DNA of 63,216 nt, the filler included, from Octopus bimaculoides (taxonomy: Eukaryota), in the NCBI RefSeq assembly GCF_001194135.2. It is 5 parts of 5 records of this genome, joined end to end, with 100 filler letters (N's around TTAATTAATTAA, not from the genome) between each part and the next. Parts side by side here need not be neighbours in the genome. Positions count along the whole stretch, not along the records: positions 1 to 29,270 come from NC_068983.1; 4 more parts are not named here. One strand, given 5' to 3'. Positions 13,150-26,066 of this stretch are shown here, one piece after another. A program made the translations under genes and the position numbers. The notes under the pieces were generated by a model, which made no database searches, was not told the origin of the DNA, and saw only the letters and a list, made by a program, of their open reading frames with translations. The first letter of the stretch is position 1. The number at the start of each line of letters is the position of its first letter.

Positions 13150-13590
13150 TCAAAACAATTTGATAATCTCAGAAAATATAAATTTTGTTAATCGAAATCG
13201 GAAAGTTGTAGTATCTCAAACGGTTTCAATACTAGTGATTGTAGGACAACTTGGAATGATAAAAACCCGGAACTAAAAATTATTTGAGAATCTTCCCTGG
13301 CGTACCATCCATGCAGGAAGTGCAAAGGATTGTCTTAAATTGTACGTCACAGGTATTGGAAGGATCATTGTCGGTGTGAATTTTCTTTCTTTTCCCCCTT
13401 TTATTTTCTTTATTTATATTTTCTTTTTGTCTTTTCTCTGCCTTTCGTCCGCTATTTTCTCTGGCACATGATAGTGTAAATGAACACGTGGGTTTATTTG
13501 ATTAGCCTATCAATATATACAGTACATTTCTCTGCCTTAGGTGTGAGGAAGACCCTTGGCAAGAAAGGGAAATTGAATTGAAAGGAAATG

Positions 13591-13658
<68 letters not shown>
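13150..13658 (+). mobile_element. 5'-truncated R4/Dong-like 3' end with (TAA)n tail
   Basis: VIVGQLGMIK...PGVPSMQEVQRIVLNCTSQVL, homologous to 8280-8420. A T-rich 3' UTR precedes (TAA)n at about 13592-13658. Confidence 0.75.
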
Positions 13659-13719
13659 TTTCAACTAGCAATAACCACGCCTCGGATTTACCTCATTGGC
13701 CATAGTACCGCCTCATGTA

Positions 13720-13915
13720 AGGCAGAAATATAGACCTCACTAAAGTGGTAATCATTGATTATCTGGCTATGTCCGGTGTTATAAGGAGCTTAGCTTCAAT
13801 ATCAGTCTTTAAGATTGTACTTTTCATAACTATTGAGTTATTTCCATTCTTATTTCTAGTAACACTGGTGCTGATCAGTGCTCTTTATATTTTAGTGACG
13901 TCTATATTTCTGCCT
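13720..13915. mobile_element. MITE-like fold-back element with 25-bp inverted repeats
   Basis: aggcagaaatatagacctcactaaa (13720-13744) versus tttagtgacgtctatatttctgcct (13891-13915), one mismatch. No TSD evident. Confidence 0.6.
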
Positions 13916-14314
13916 GGGGGTTGTAAAATTTCGAATGAGCTACCCGTCTTATATATACATATTTCTTTTAGTCTTTCCCACTAATATGAATCTACTAACG
14001 TATGTGACCCTCTCCAGAACTGTTACTTGTTGACACTAATGTTAACAACAACTCATACCTGGATGATGATAATTTGCCAAATATATCGGTTGGTGCATAT
14101 TATTAGCACCATCTCAACTTGTTGAAATTGAACTTAATTTACTCCCGTACTAAACTGTGTAAAGCCTTTTATGTATAATCTTCGTTAAACAATAAATTAC
14201 AATTCTCTTTGTGATAGAGACCCTAATATTTGCAAAACTGCAAAACTGCATAATGATTCCATATATCTGCATGTGTGAGACTGTACATTGCTGTATATCT
14301 GTCACTTGTTCTTG

Positions 14315-14690
14315 TTGTTGTTGGCATCCTTTTGTCTCGGGAGTCAATGGAGTTGCCTCTTCAGTTTTGCGCAGGCCTGCGCTAGATGTAAGAAAATCCT
14401 GGGTAGCCCAATCGTCAGGATTCATCTCTCGACCTCGCTGATGTAGCCCAAAGTAGTGCAGAGCATTACGTTTGGCACCAGCTTGGTTGCAGGAGCTGCC
14501 GGATGAACATCGAATTGAACACTAAACCGCCTACGGGGCTCCACTCAGGATTTCTTTGAAGATTTTCTCCTTTCGGCAACCCTGGAGAGGGGCCCAATCA
14601 GGGTACTGTCAGCCGGAGCCAGCTGATCCTGGGACTCGTGTCAGGCAGGGTCGTCACTCCCTGATGTAGTGAAGAAAATCGCTACCTGCT
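14315..14690. repeat. GC-rich interspersed repeat, possibly an RTE-clade LINE UTR
   Basis: About 55% GC island (by eye) starting after gttgttgttgg, with motif gatgtagcccaaag...cgtttggcaccagcttgg. Assignment from recall. Confidence 0.35.
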
Positions 14691-14848
14691 ACCTAATAGT
14701 TGTGACTACATTTATGATATTATGATGTGGAAACAAAGTTTGCTCTTTTAGAAGCGTTGAGATATACTGAAATATACAAATAAAGAAATATTTTACATAA
14801 TAATGCTAAATAGGATAGAACATCCTTACATTGCATAAACAATTGTTA

Positions 14849-14923
14849 GCAGCCAGCCATGAGACTCGAACTCACAACTCAGTGATTACCGGTCAGAGTG
14901 TTTTACCTTTAAGCTAAACTGCC
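14849..14923 (-). pseudogene. tRNA-like sequence (degenerate tRNA-Thr-like pseudogene or SINE head)
   Basis: Minus strand GGCAGTTTAGCTTAAAGGTAAAACACTCTGACCGGTAATCACTGAGTTGTGAGTTCGAGTCTCATGGCTGGCTGC has an A-box-like TAGCTTAAAGG and T arm GTGAG-TTCGAGT-CTCAT. Acceptor stem 6/7 with wobbles; the anticodon stem has 2 mismatches; loop CCGGTAA. Confidence 0.5.
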
Positions 14924-16039
14924 TACACCACACAATTTTGAGCTATTGTTATTATTAATTTTGTATTTGTGTTTGTCAATAAATTGTTTGTGTCTTAGAC
15001 ATAGATTTTATCATATTCACTCGATTTAGGGACATTGTTATGTTGTGATGCAATTACAGAGTCTCTGATAACCTCAGCAAAATTTACTCCATGTTCGAAA
15101 ATGAAACTCTATCAATTAGAATTCGGTGCACATTGATACAGTTGAATGTTTGTTTTCAGCTTATTAGCATGTTTATTTATCGTCTCGAGACATTGAAGTT
15201 ATTCCATGTAATCTTTGTTCCTACTAAATTTTCTTCCATACAGTGGAATTTCTATTTTCTATCCTTAATTCTTGTTGGCACTGTTGCTTTGGCTCAAATT
15301 AGCGTTTATTGCGGATGTCACAAAGAAATGTATTCCAAACTATATTTTCCTGTGATTTTCGAGCATAAATTTGTAAAGGCAGAGGGACTTGCGCTTTATT
15401 TCTAAGAAATCTAGCAACCAAATAGGTAGACAACTGTTTGCTCCCGTTACTATGGTTTATTAGCTTTGCGTAGACCGATAGGCGGTTTATGTATGTCTTG
15501 TAAAATAGTGCAGCCATCTTCTGAGAATATTGGAAGCAATTTAAACTGATATTAATTTTGTTTGTTTGCGGGTAGATATAGGAAAACTTCAATATATTAT
15601 CATTCTATATTCACAAAAGTAAACAAAAAAAAGCAACATATAGATATCTTACCGTGTGACATATATAACTTGCTGGTCTTATTATTCTCTATAACGTACA
15701 CATTGCCAGCCAGTATTATCATCTTTATGGCGCTAGTTCGTTTTATATTTCTTTTTATTCTCTCGGTATGAGGACGTTCTTGAAGTTGTAATTCAAAGCA
15801 CTTCTAAATCCAAACTGCCTACATGAAAAAAAGTACTGAATATGTTACAGAATAAATGTTGGTTTAAACGCAGGAATATTACTTGGCTGCAATATTCACA
15901 GTCAAAAAAATGAGTTACATGTGCCACTGTAAGAAATACTAAAGTATTATTATTGGTTTTAATTTATATTGGAGAGATAGGTCAGTTCTACTACAGGCAC
16001 ATGACCTCAGTTTTTGGTGGAGGGGCTAATCATTTACAG

Positions 16040-17385
16040 AGATCCTAGTTTGCAACCCTTATTCATTTCACAGATCCCAAAAGCCTGACCGGGCCTTTTG
16101 ATCCATCATTCCATCTCCGCAGCTGTTATCGGCATTTCGCAACGCTCCACACCCTTTGCCGAGATTCGTAACACTCCTTCGAGGTAGGAACTGACTTCTT
16201 TCCTTAGAAACTGCCATTTGTCCCAAACAATTGAGCGAGGTGCTGTTTAAATGTTGCAAACATCTATTTGGGCTTGAGTATCGTGCGCCAATTTTGGTCC
16301 ACCGAAGAACAAATTGTGGCATTGCGTCTCTGCAACTTGGGCCCATCGAGCGGGTTTTCTTTCTTTCTTGTCATAGAGCACGTGCGTTAGCTCTGACAAT
16401 GCACCCTTCCTGTTACGAGTTGAAAAAATGGGGTAAGGTTAATCTCATCACCAGCACGTCATTTGCAATTATTTTCCTAAGCATCTCGCCTAAGTTTCTA
16501 AGTTCGCTTGTATTCCATTTCATTCTAAATCTAATGCCTTTTTAAAGCTTAACTGATTCCACTGTAATTTAACTTTTTGAGAGCAAAACCTCATTTGTTG
16601 GTTGTGATTGACTTTGCCGATGCCTGCTTAACTAATTTCTAATCTGGCGTCCGTAAGATTTCTACATCGCGAGTGACTCCTACAGCTCCCAATAACCAAG
16701 TTCCAATCTTCTAGACCTATCTAGGATGCCTGTATATATACGCAATTTGTGGTATGTGTAACTGATAATTTTCAAAAAGTGGACAACTTATACTGTTTTC
16801 ATCTACTGGTATGGAGAAATTCCTTTCTCTATATGAACTAGAACACCCGATGCGATTAATCTTCACCCGCGTTGGAGTATCCTGAAAATCTATTCGGTTA
16901 TTGTCCGAAAGTTGAAGGTGTCTGATCAGGTCTCAGAGGCTTTTAGTAACCCTTGTCTATCTGCCAGCTCACACATTCCAGATTATCTCTAAGATGGTGA
17001 TCTAATAGCCCAATATCAGAAAATGTCGACATGTTTCCCAGGAAAATCTCCAGACATCTGAAGAAATCTCTTTGTCCTATTTCTGTCGGTGTATGAACAA
17101 CCACGAGTCTGAGGGCAAGCCCATCACTACCGTTCACATGCAAGACGGGCAACTTACTTTTAGATCCTGGAGGATAGTCCTTATGAAGACCTCACCGGAA
17201 CAACAACGCTGTTCAATCCCTTCTTCAATTCCCGTTTGACATAAACATATATATATCTGTAAAGAACGGTCAGCAACATTCGTCAGTACATCTACACATA
17301 ATGAACTAAGGTTGTTGCGTGGATGACCTTGTTTCCAAGGCGACACCAACGCATTTGAATTCATACTCCCTATGCTGAACAAGAC
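16040..17385 (-). mobile_element. L1/Tx1-like LINE ORF2 relic (APE endonuclease and downstream region)
   Basis: FSIGSMNSNALVSPWKQG (about I.S.NVRGL), VLHVNGSDGLALRLVVVHTPTEIGQRDFFRCLEIFL (about LRLVAVYAP...FF..LE.FL), SISCP, and NLVKQA..ITTNK. Frameshifted. Confidence 0.7.
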
Positions 17386-18057
17386 TATGTTAAATTAAGA
17401 AATACTTTCGAAAAAGGGTATTCGGAGTGATTATATTGAGGACGTGAGATTGGACGTTCCATCGCAATATGTAGAGTTTTACATGAGCAGTTATTATAAA
17501 GGCTTTAGTTGACATTTCTCCTGAAATGACCTATTCCCTAAGGGTATTTAACGTTTCTGGGGCTTTATGTATTATTTGAAGTTAGAATACAGTTTATGAC
17601 TTATTGCCGTTGCTGCTCTTATTTGAGGCTCACCAAGTATATTACCGGCTAGTTCGAACATGGAGGTGCAGGGTTTAGGTAAGTATTTGATGTTCTTTGT
17701 TGATAATGTTCCCGTTGTTTTGTGGTATTCTAAGCGGTTGTTTTTGCTGATGTCTGAAATATGGAAGCAATAGTTGTTGGTGAGTTCTCTTTTCTCATTA
17801 TTATTGTTATTTCCACACTAGGTGTTTATGTTGGTGTTGCAGTTCAATTAGTACTTACTGTTCTTGTTGCAGTTGCTGTGTTGTAGTTGTCACCAGTCTC
17901 TGTTTTATTTTACTTTTTAAGGTGAAAGGAAAGGGTTCCCTAGCCTCCTCCTCTATAGGAAAATATCTATCCTAGTGTAGCATATTGCTTCATTCTTACG
18001 ATGTAAGTTTTTTGTGCTGCACACTGAACTGAGACCCAACCTGCTGCCGTGACGCTA

Positions 18058-20470
18058 ATTCTTATGTGCGTATGTTCATTCTTCTTGTTTTGTATGTATC
18101 TTTCTTCTCCGTGTAGCATTAGCAGTGTTAAGAGATACTCTTCTTTTCTTTCTTTTTAATAGGCTTCTTTCACATTTTAAATGTCAATGCAAGGATTTAT
18201 ATTTTGGTTTCTTTGACGCATCACATTTGCAAAACACTAAATTTCGATTTGTCTTTTTTCGTCATTTTCAGCGATAGTGTTGCGTTAATGGTGGTAGCGC
18301 TGGCAACTTTGGATGAATTTGCACGTGTCATGTGCGAACATTTTCTTTTTCCCATCTTATTAATTTTCATATTTTTCAGTGTTGTTGCTTAGGCTGGCTA
18401 TTGTGAGAGCGGTGGTGTTTCTGTTGCTGTTGTTTCAAACGTGTTTATTCTATTGTTTTGTCAGTGTTGTTGGTCTTATCGATTCTGCTGTTACAACCTC
18501 TTTCCGTATTTGTTAGTTCAACCCGGAAAAACTGACAGTGAAAGTCAGTTTCGCCTTCAAAACTAGCTTCCACCATCCTCTCTCCTCCGTTTGCCGAAGT
18601 AGAGTTTTCCATATTGTATCTTTAAATAGTAATGGAAGAAAATCGCTCTCTTTGAAATTCTGCCTACTTAAGGCAGATGACAATGAATTTAAGTAGAACT
18701 TTAAGATCTCTACGAAATTCCACCTAATATAAAAAATAGACTTACGACCATAAAAACAAGTGAATAACTCACAGAACAATGGTGACACGTCCTGGCGATA
18801 AAATACAACAAACGGAATAACAACTTCCACCTTACCACTACCATCACGAACAACAATAACAACAGCAGCAATAATAATGATAATAATAATAATGACAACC
18901 ACAAAAACAGCAACAACAAGAGCGGCTCAGAAAAGGGAAGACTATCGTAATTTCCAATTCCACTGAAATGGCTAACCGACAAGATTACAGACCAATAACT
19001 TGTCTCCCCACAATTTACAATGACATTACTACAATGATCTCGCAGAAAAGTAGAAAATATCTGGAAGAAAACAACCTGTTTCCAGAAGAACAGAAGGGAT
19101 GCTACAAGGGTTCATACGGCTGTAAAGACCAACTAATGATCAATAAAGCCATAACTTTAGACAGCCGCAGAAAGAAGAGACTAAGTATGTCCTGGAACCA
19201 TTACCGAAAGGCTTTTGATAGTGTTCCCCACAAATGGATCCTAGAAACACTAAACATGAATCAGTAATCATAAAATATATAACAGATTCCATGAATAACT
19301 GGCAGACAGTACTACAGCTCCAAACGATAGAGGGACTCATAAAAACGAAAGCCATTCCCATTAGGAGAGGAATATTGCAAGGAGACACGCTCCTTCCACT
19401 CTTTTTCTGCTTGACACATTCACTTTTATCTGACATGCTAAAGACAACTGCAACGGATACAACTGTTACGGCAAAGCAATCGGCCACCTCTTACATATGG
19501 ATGACATAAAACTGTACGCTAGAAATTATTCACAGATAGAAATATTACTGCAGACTGTACATGGATTTACTAAAGACATGAATATCAATTTTTTCTTAGA
19601 AAATGTGCCAAAGCAACATTGCAAAGAGGAAAACTGGTTAAGAGTAGCAACATCACCCATTCTTATGTACGTATTTTTACTCTTATTGTTTTGTATGTAT
19701 CTTTCTTCTCCGTGTAGCATTAGCAGTTTTAAGAGTTACCCTACTTCACTTTCTTCTTAATAGGTTTCTTTCACTTTCTAAATCTTCAATCCACAGATGT
19801 ATATTTTGGATTCTTTGACGCACCACAGTTGCAAAACAGTATGATTTGTATGTTTTCATCCTTTTCAGCGATAGTGTTGCGTTAATGGTGGTAACGCTGG
19901 TGGCTGTGAATGAATTTGCACGTGTCATGCGCGAAAATTTGCTTTTTTCCTCATATTAATTTTCCTTTTTCAGTGTTTTTGCTTAGGCTAGCTTTTGTGA
20001 GAGCTGTGGTGTTTTTGTTGCTGTTATTTCAAATGTGTTTATTTTTTATGTTTTTTCGGTGTTGTTGATCTTATCGATTCTGTTGCTACAACCTTTTTTC
20101 CGTATTTGTTAGTTCAACTGGGAAAAAACTGACAGAGAAGCTCAATTTCGCCTTCAAAACCAGCTTCCACCATCCTCTCTTCTCCGTTTGCCGAAGTAGA
20201 ATTTACCATATTCTACCTTTAAATAGTAATAGAAGAAAATCGTTCTCTTTGAAATTGTCCCTACTTAAGGCAAATGACATTGAATTTGAGTAGAACTTTA
20301 TGATCTCTTCGAAATTGCACAAAGTATACAGGAATATACTTGCAACCATAAAAAATAAGTGAAGAACTCACAGAACAATGGTGACACGTCCTGGCGATAA
20401 AATACAACAAACAGAATAACAACGTGCACCTCACCACTACAATCACCAACAATAATAACAACATCAGCTC

Positions 20471-20525
<55 letters not shown>

Positions 20526-21423
20526 TATTATTATTATTATTATTATTATCATTATTATAATAATTAACCAACTGGAATGCACCCGGGCACGATAAAATCC
20601 CCAACTTCTGGTTAAAATATCTGACAGGAACGCATATGAGAAATTTAATGATATATTTGCAGAGACAGAGACAATGCCTGAATGGCTCAGGGAAGGGAAG
20701 ATTATCCTAATTCCCAATAACACTGAAACGGCTAACCCACAAATTACAGACCAATAACTTATCTCCCAACAATTTACAAAGACTTTAGTGCAATAATATC
20801 GCAGAGAATAAGCAAGCATCTGTACGAAAACAACCTGTTTCCAGATGAGCGCAAGGAATACTGCAAAGCCTCATACAGCTGTAACAATCAGCTAATGATC
20901 AACATAATGGCAGACAACCGCTGGAGGAAGGAGGGTTTTAGTGTGGCCTTGATCGATTCCTGAGAGGCTTTTAATAGTGTTCCCCACACATGGATCCTAG
21001 AAGCACTAGCGATGAATAACGTAGCACCAATAATTATAAAATGATAACACATTCCATGGATTAATCGTAGACAGAGCTACAACTCCAATCAAGAGAGGGA
21101 CTCATAAAAGCTAAAGCCATCCCTATTAGAAGAGGTATATTCTAGGAAGATACGCTCCCTCCACTCCTTTTCTGCTTGGCACTGAGGCTTTTATCTAGCA
21201 TGCTAAACACAACTGTAAGCGGATACAACTGTTACGACAAAACAATCAGTTGCCTTTTATATATGGATGACCAAAAACTGTAAGCTAGAAATGATAATGA
21301 TCGGGAAACCTTACTACAGACAGTACATGGATTTGCCAAAGAAATAAATATCAAATCTGGCTTAGAAAAATGTGCCAAGGCAGCATTGAAAAGAGGAAAA
21401 CTAGTTAAGAGTAGAAACATCAC
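18058..21423 (+). repeat. Old tandem duplication, period 1601 bp (unidentified ~810-bp segment + AAT-rich tract + Dong RT fragment)
   Basis: attcttatgt...ttttgtatgtatctttcttctccgtgtagcattagcag begins at both 18058 and 19659. The copies are collinear throughout, about 80% identical by eye. Confidence 0.9.
18915..19658 (+). mobile_element. R4/Dong-like RT fragment (duplicate 1)
   Basis: YRPITCLPTIY...ENNLFPEEQKGCYKGSYGCKDQLMIN...YRKAFDSVPHKWI, RRGILQGDTLLPLFFCL, MDDIKLYA. Confidence 0.9.
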
Positions 21424-21488
21424 ACCAGATAAAGAAATTGAAATAAGAGAATTAGACTAATGTCAGGCATACAAATATTCAGGTATCA

Positions 21489-21495
<7 letters not shown>
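20565..21495 (+). mobile_element. R4/Dong-like RT fragment (duplicate 2)
   Basis: NWNAPGHDKIPNFWLKYL...YRPITYLPTIY...AFNSVPHTWI...YMDDQKL...LEKCAKAALKRGKLV...YKYSGITE, ending at (TAA)n. Confidence 0.9.
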
Positions 21496-21581
<86 letters not shown>

Positions 21582-21863
21582 NNNNNNNNNNNNNNNNNNN
21601 NNNNNNNNNNNNNNNNNNNNNNNNNNNNNNNNNNNNNNNNNNNNNNNNNNNNNNNNNNNNNNNNNNNNNNNNNNNNNNNNNNNNNNNNNNNNNNNNNNNN
21701 NNNNNNNNNNNNNNNNNNNNNNNNNNNNNNNNNNNNNNNNNNNNNNNNNNNNNNNNNNNNNNNNNNNNNNNNNNNNNNNNNNNNNNNNNNNNNNNNNNNN
21801 NNNNNNNNNNNNNNNNNNNNNNNNNNNNNNNNNNNNNNNNNNNNNNNNNNNNNNNNNNNNNNN

Positions 21864-21956
<93 letters not shown>

Positions 21957-21962
21957 GTAATG

Positions 21963-22008
<46 letters not shown>
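21493..22008. repeat. Long (TAA)n microsatellite spanning a gap
   Basis: Seen directly. Confidence 0.95.
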
Positions 22009-22011
<3 letters not shown>

Positions 22012-22100
22012 TATTCAGACAAATACATAACAAAGACACCAGGACTTACAAATATATATAACATACAGAAAATTGCACTACTGGGTACTGCACACAGGCG
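22005..22100 (+). mobile_element. Very short R4/Dong-like 3' end fragment
   Basis: Translates DKYITKTPGLTNIYNIQKIALLGTAH. It ends at a 15-bp duplication (ggtactgcacacagg x2) before (GGA)n. Confidence 0.65.
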
Positions 22101-24039
22101 TTAGGTACTGCACACAGGAGGGGGGAGGAGGGGGATGAGCAGGAGGAGGAGGAGGAAGAGAAGTAGGAGGAGGAGAAGGAGGAGGAGTAGGAGGAGAAGG
22201 ATATATGTGACGAAACCACCGTTGCTGATACGATGTGGTGTTTAAAAACATGGCGCATATTATACTAGAAAATGTGATATACATTATAACAAAAAATTAT
22301 CCTGAAATAGAAGACGCCATATGGGTGAGAAGGATGATGATATCAGTGTAAATACTGTTAACGGTGATGTTGATAAAATGCATGACAGTGATATAGTTGA
22401 GATTGTTGGTTGTAATGAATATATCGATGACTTCAGTAGATATCGTTAATATTATGCTTTCGTTTTACATGAGTTTTACTTGTATTCCTCATTAGCAAGT
22501 CCTGAGTTTTGAGATGCGTGCCTCATTTCATCTTGTGATGGTAGGATGTATTCCATATTGCTTTGGTGCGAAGAAATTGGATTGCGATCTAATTGTATAT
22601 CCTTAAAAACGTATGTTATAAATTGTATGGCATTTCAGATTAACAACCAATCTATCACAGAGTTTGAATTAGTTTCTGTGCAGTTTGGGAACAATTTATA
22701 GGCATGTAGTGTAGTACAGAGAGTGAGGCTGGTATCTAGGGTTTTTCTTTTTTTGCGTTGGATCTCTATATTTTTTTCCTTCCTGGTAAGCACTAATGCT
22801 AATGAGTTTATTAATTCATTAAATGATAGCACTACTTAATTAAACTTCTCTTTCAATTAAAAATAAAGGACATTATCAATCGTGTTGGGAATTTCACTTG
22901 CTTGCAGTTAATAATGTGTTACTGAATTTCATTTCTAATCATATTGAATGAGGATTGTGATGTTATTGCATTTTTCACATCCTATATCCTATTAAGCCAT
23001 TATGTAATTTTGGTTACATTGAATGCTATTTTTTGGGTATTTCCTCCAGTGGGATTGAACTTCTGTTCATATTCGTGTTTCACTTAAATTGATGTTTCTT
23101 CGTATAAACGCACGATTATTTGATATTCCGTCCAAATGAGTTATTCCTTTTAATGAAGTGCTTCCGCATTTCAAATCCTCTTATCCTGCATTTCTTTGCC
23201 GATATGATGTCCTTTATTTTAGAAAGAGAAAGGATTTCTGTTTTGTACCTTTAATTATTTAAATGCGTTCCCACTTTCTCTATCATTTCTATTTCATATT
23301 ACTTTCTTATTTTTTATATTATTTTCAGTTTCACTCAATAAAGACGTGTATTTCTCTATTAATGAGTAATATTTTATGAGTGATTCTTTATTGTGTGTAT
23401 GTGTGCGCATGAAATCGTGTGAAGATTGAACTTCTCATTATATGATTCAACCAGTTTTCTTGATATTAATTCTCATACTGAACATATTAGACCAATCAAT
23501 CAGATAATTCTCGCACAAATTATTTTAATGCCTTTGTCTTGCAAAAATGATTAAAAAGAAGACGGACGTTCTGTATGTAATGCTTTGATCTATAAGATAC
23601 ATTCCAACCAGCTTTACTTAACGAACAAAATTTTATCATACGTTTATTAAGGTTTCTTGTCTTAAAACCACGAGAATTATCAAGTTCAATCTATAAGTTA
23701 ACGCATAAATTTGGTCATTGCTGTCTTCAAATCATAACATTCGTGAAAGTGGTTATACTATAGAATTATTACATATTTTATGACATGTCTTACATAACAT
23801 TGAGACATGAGATATGCAATAACAAAAATGTCCGTTTCCGGAAAAAAAATCTGATTTTAAATTGGCTTCTCTATTCATAATTTAAGTAATTATTTGCAGT
23901 ATTCTTTCCACAAGACTTATTTTAAACCACCTAGAACTTATTTTTTGAGATGTTTAGTGCTCCCATATATATGAATCAAACATTTGTGAATATGTAAGAT
24001 CTAGTTTGTTCTGTAAATGAGGTAATAGCCATAATTATA

Positions 24040-24099
<60 letters not shown>

Positions 24100-24158
24100 A
24101 CTCTCTTTGCGCGCGTGCACACACACACACAGACACACACACACATATATATACGCGT

Positions 24159-24508
24159 AGGCGTAGGGTGTGATGCGAAGCTTGCGTCCCAGCCACATTA
24201 TTCGTGGTTCAGTCCTACAACATCATCCACTATAGCATCGGGCCGACGCAATTCTTGGAGTGGGTGTTCGGAAATGGAAAGCCTGCCATGTGTATATACA
24301 TATAGATACACACGCACATATGTAATATATATAACGCGATTGGCATGTTTGCGTCCCCGTAACATAGGGGTGGTTCGGAGAAAGGCAGATTGAGTAAGGA
24401 TTAGCTTCAAAAGCATCAGTTTTGGGGTCCATTTGTTCGACTAAATCCCTTCAAGATGACCCAGCATGGCAACAGTCAAATGTCGGCAAGAAGTAAAACA
24501 TAAAAAGA
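24159..24508 (+). mobile_element. tRNA-like SINE family B (diverged copy)
   Basis: Collinear with 34350-35520 and 39671-39776: gcttgc..cc.accaca.ggttcagtcc...ctatagc.tcgggccgac...cagcatggc..cagtcaaatg...aagtaaaa. Confidence 0.7.
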
Positions 24509-24984
24509 AATATTTATATATATATATGTATGTATATATCTCAGCAATTATATATATATATAGATAAATTCCCATCTCTTAAATTCCGCATAGGGGATAT
24601 GTCTGCACGGTGTCTATTGCGCAGCATATACGTTTATAATGTAATGCATTTGACTTAGATGTTTTCAACTTCTACTTCTTAATACTTGTTATTTCGTTTT
24701 CCTCTTCTTCTTGATTGAATTGTTAGCAAACTCGACAAAACAACTTAACGGCATTTGTTCCGCCATTTCGATATTAGTTCAATTTCTGACGATGTCGACT
24801 TTGCTTCTCTTAACTTTAGAGTCGACCAAGTAAGTGCCAGTGGAGCACTTCAATCGATATAGTCGATTATCGCTCTCCTCAGAAAGTCACTCATTTTGCT
24901 TGAGAGTAGTCATGTTGTATTGTTTCAATGATTGACAAATTCTTTCAGCTTATATTTTGCAGTTGCCATTATTTATACAATTAA

Positions 24985-25180
24985 GCCAGCGACGTGGAAG
25001 AATCGCTAGCACGCTGTCAAAAATGCTTAGCGGTATTTAGCTCGTTCTGAGTTCAAATTCCACCGAGGTCAACTTTGTCGTTCATCCTTTCAGGGTCGAT
25101 AAATTAAGAGAAATTCTGGGGTCGATTACATCGACTAGTGCCCTCCCACAAAATTTCAGGCCTTGTGCCTATTGTAGAAA
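24985..25180 (+). mobile_element. SINE family A (tail type 2)
   Basis: Body aaatgcttagcggtattt...gttctgagttcaaattccaccgaggtcaactttg...catcctttcagggtcgataaattaag matches the reverse complement of 57366-57598. The tail is ccctcccacaaaatttcaggccttgtgcc. Confidence 0.85.
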
Positions 25181-25291
25181 GCAATATTTATACAACTAAT
25201 TACAATTAATGGGCTGCCCTTCTTGTAATATATTATTGCTAATCATATTAGCAACGCGATATTACAAGGACAGTAAATCATAAATTCTCCT

Positions 25292-25400
25292 CCATCTCCT
25301 CCTTCTTCTTCTTCTTCTTCTTCTTCTTCTTCTTCTTCTTCTTCTTCTTCTTCTTCTTCTTCTTCTTCTTCTTCTTCTCCTCCTCCTCCTCCTTCTTTTT
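25292..25400. repeat. (TTC)n/(CCT)n microsatellite
   Basis: Seen directly. Source of the poly-Glu ORF 25243-25455. Confidence 0.95.
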
Positions 25401-26029
25401 CTTCTGCTTCTCCAAATTTTGTTCTTCCTCTTCTTCTTTTGTCAATCGCGGTCATATTTCATTAAAAAGGCCACGTTGTTTCATGTTCACTATGACAGTT
25501 TTGAATATCACAAACTATACGATTGCGGAGTAAACAACGAAAGATTTTCAGAATGAGTTTCATTATCCTTGACCTGTTCACTCAGTGAAACTTTCTCGAC
25601 CTCTTCTAATTAATAGTCTCCAACTCTAATCAATAGTGCACTTGTGTCAGCAAATTAATATACTGCTATTACTTATCACAAATGCTGCAATTTAAATAAT
25701 TTAGGACATAGACAACCTCATTTTATTAGATGTGATATATGTTAGCATGGACACCTTCTGCTCTGCAAATGACATCCTTTTTGTCTGCTGCTATTCGTCT
25801 ATTTATCTTTTTTATGACTATATTTTATTTATATCATCAAATGCACATGCGTAATTAACTTGTAATTATTTTGTGAATTAAGCACTAACAGTACAACTTG
25901 TATTCATAATTCTTATGAGTACTTTAACTATTACAATTTATTGTACGAGCTAAATTGCATACCTCCCTGCACTGCACTATTGTCTGTTTTCTGTGCACAT
26001 GTGCCATATCAATTATATATAACAAACTG

Positions 26030-26055
<26 letters not shown>

Positions 26056-26066
<11 letters not shown>

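Noticed and set aside
15050-15560. Tc1/mariner C-terminal relic on the minus strand
   Set aside because: Only a vague ENIVW-like resemblance; no catalytic motifs or TIRs could be confirmed.
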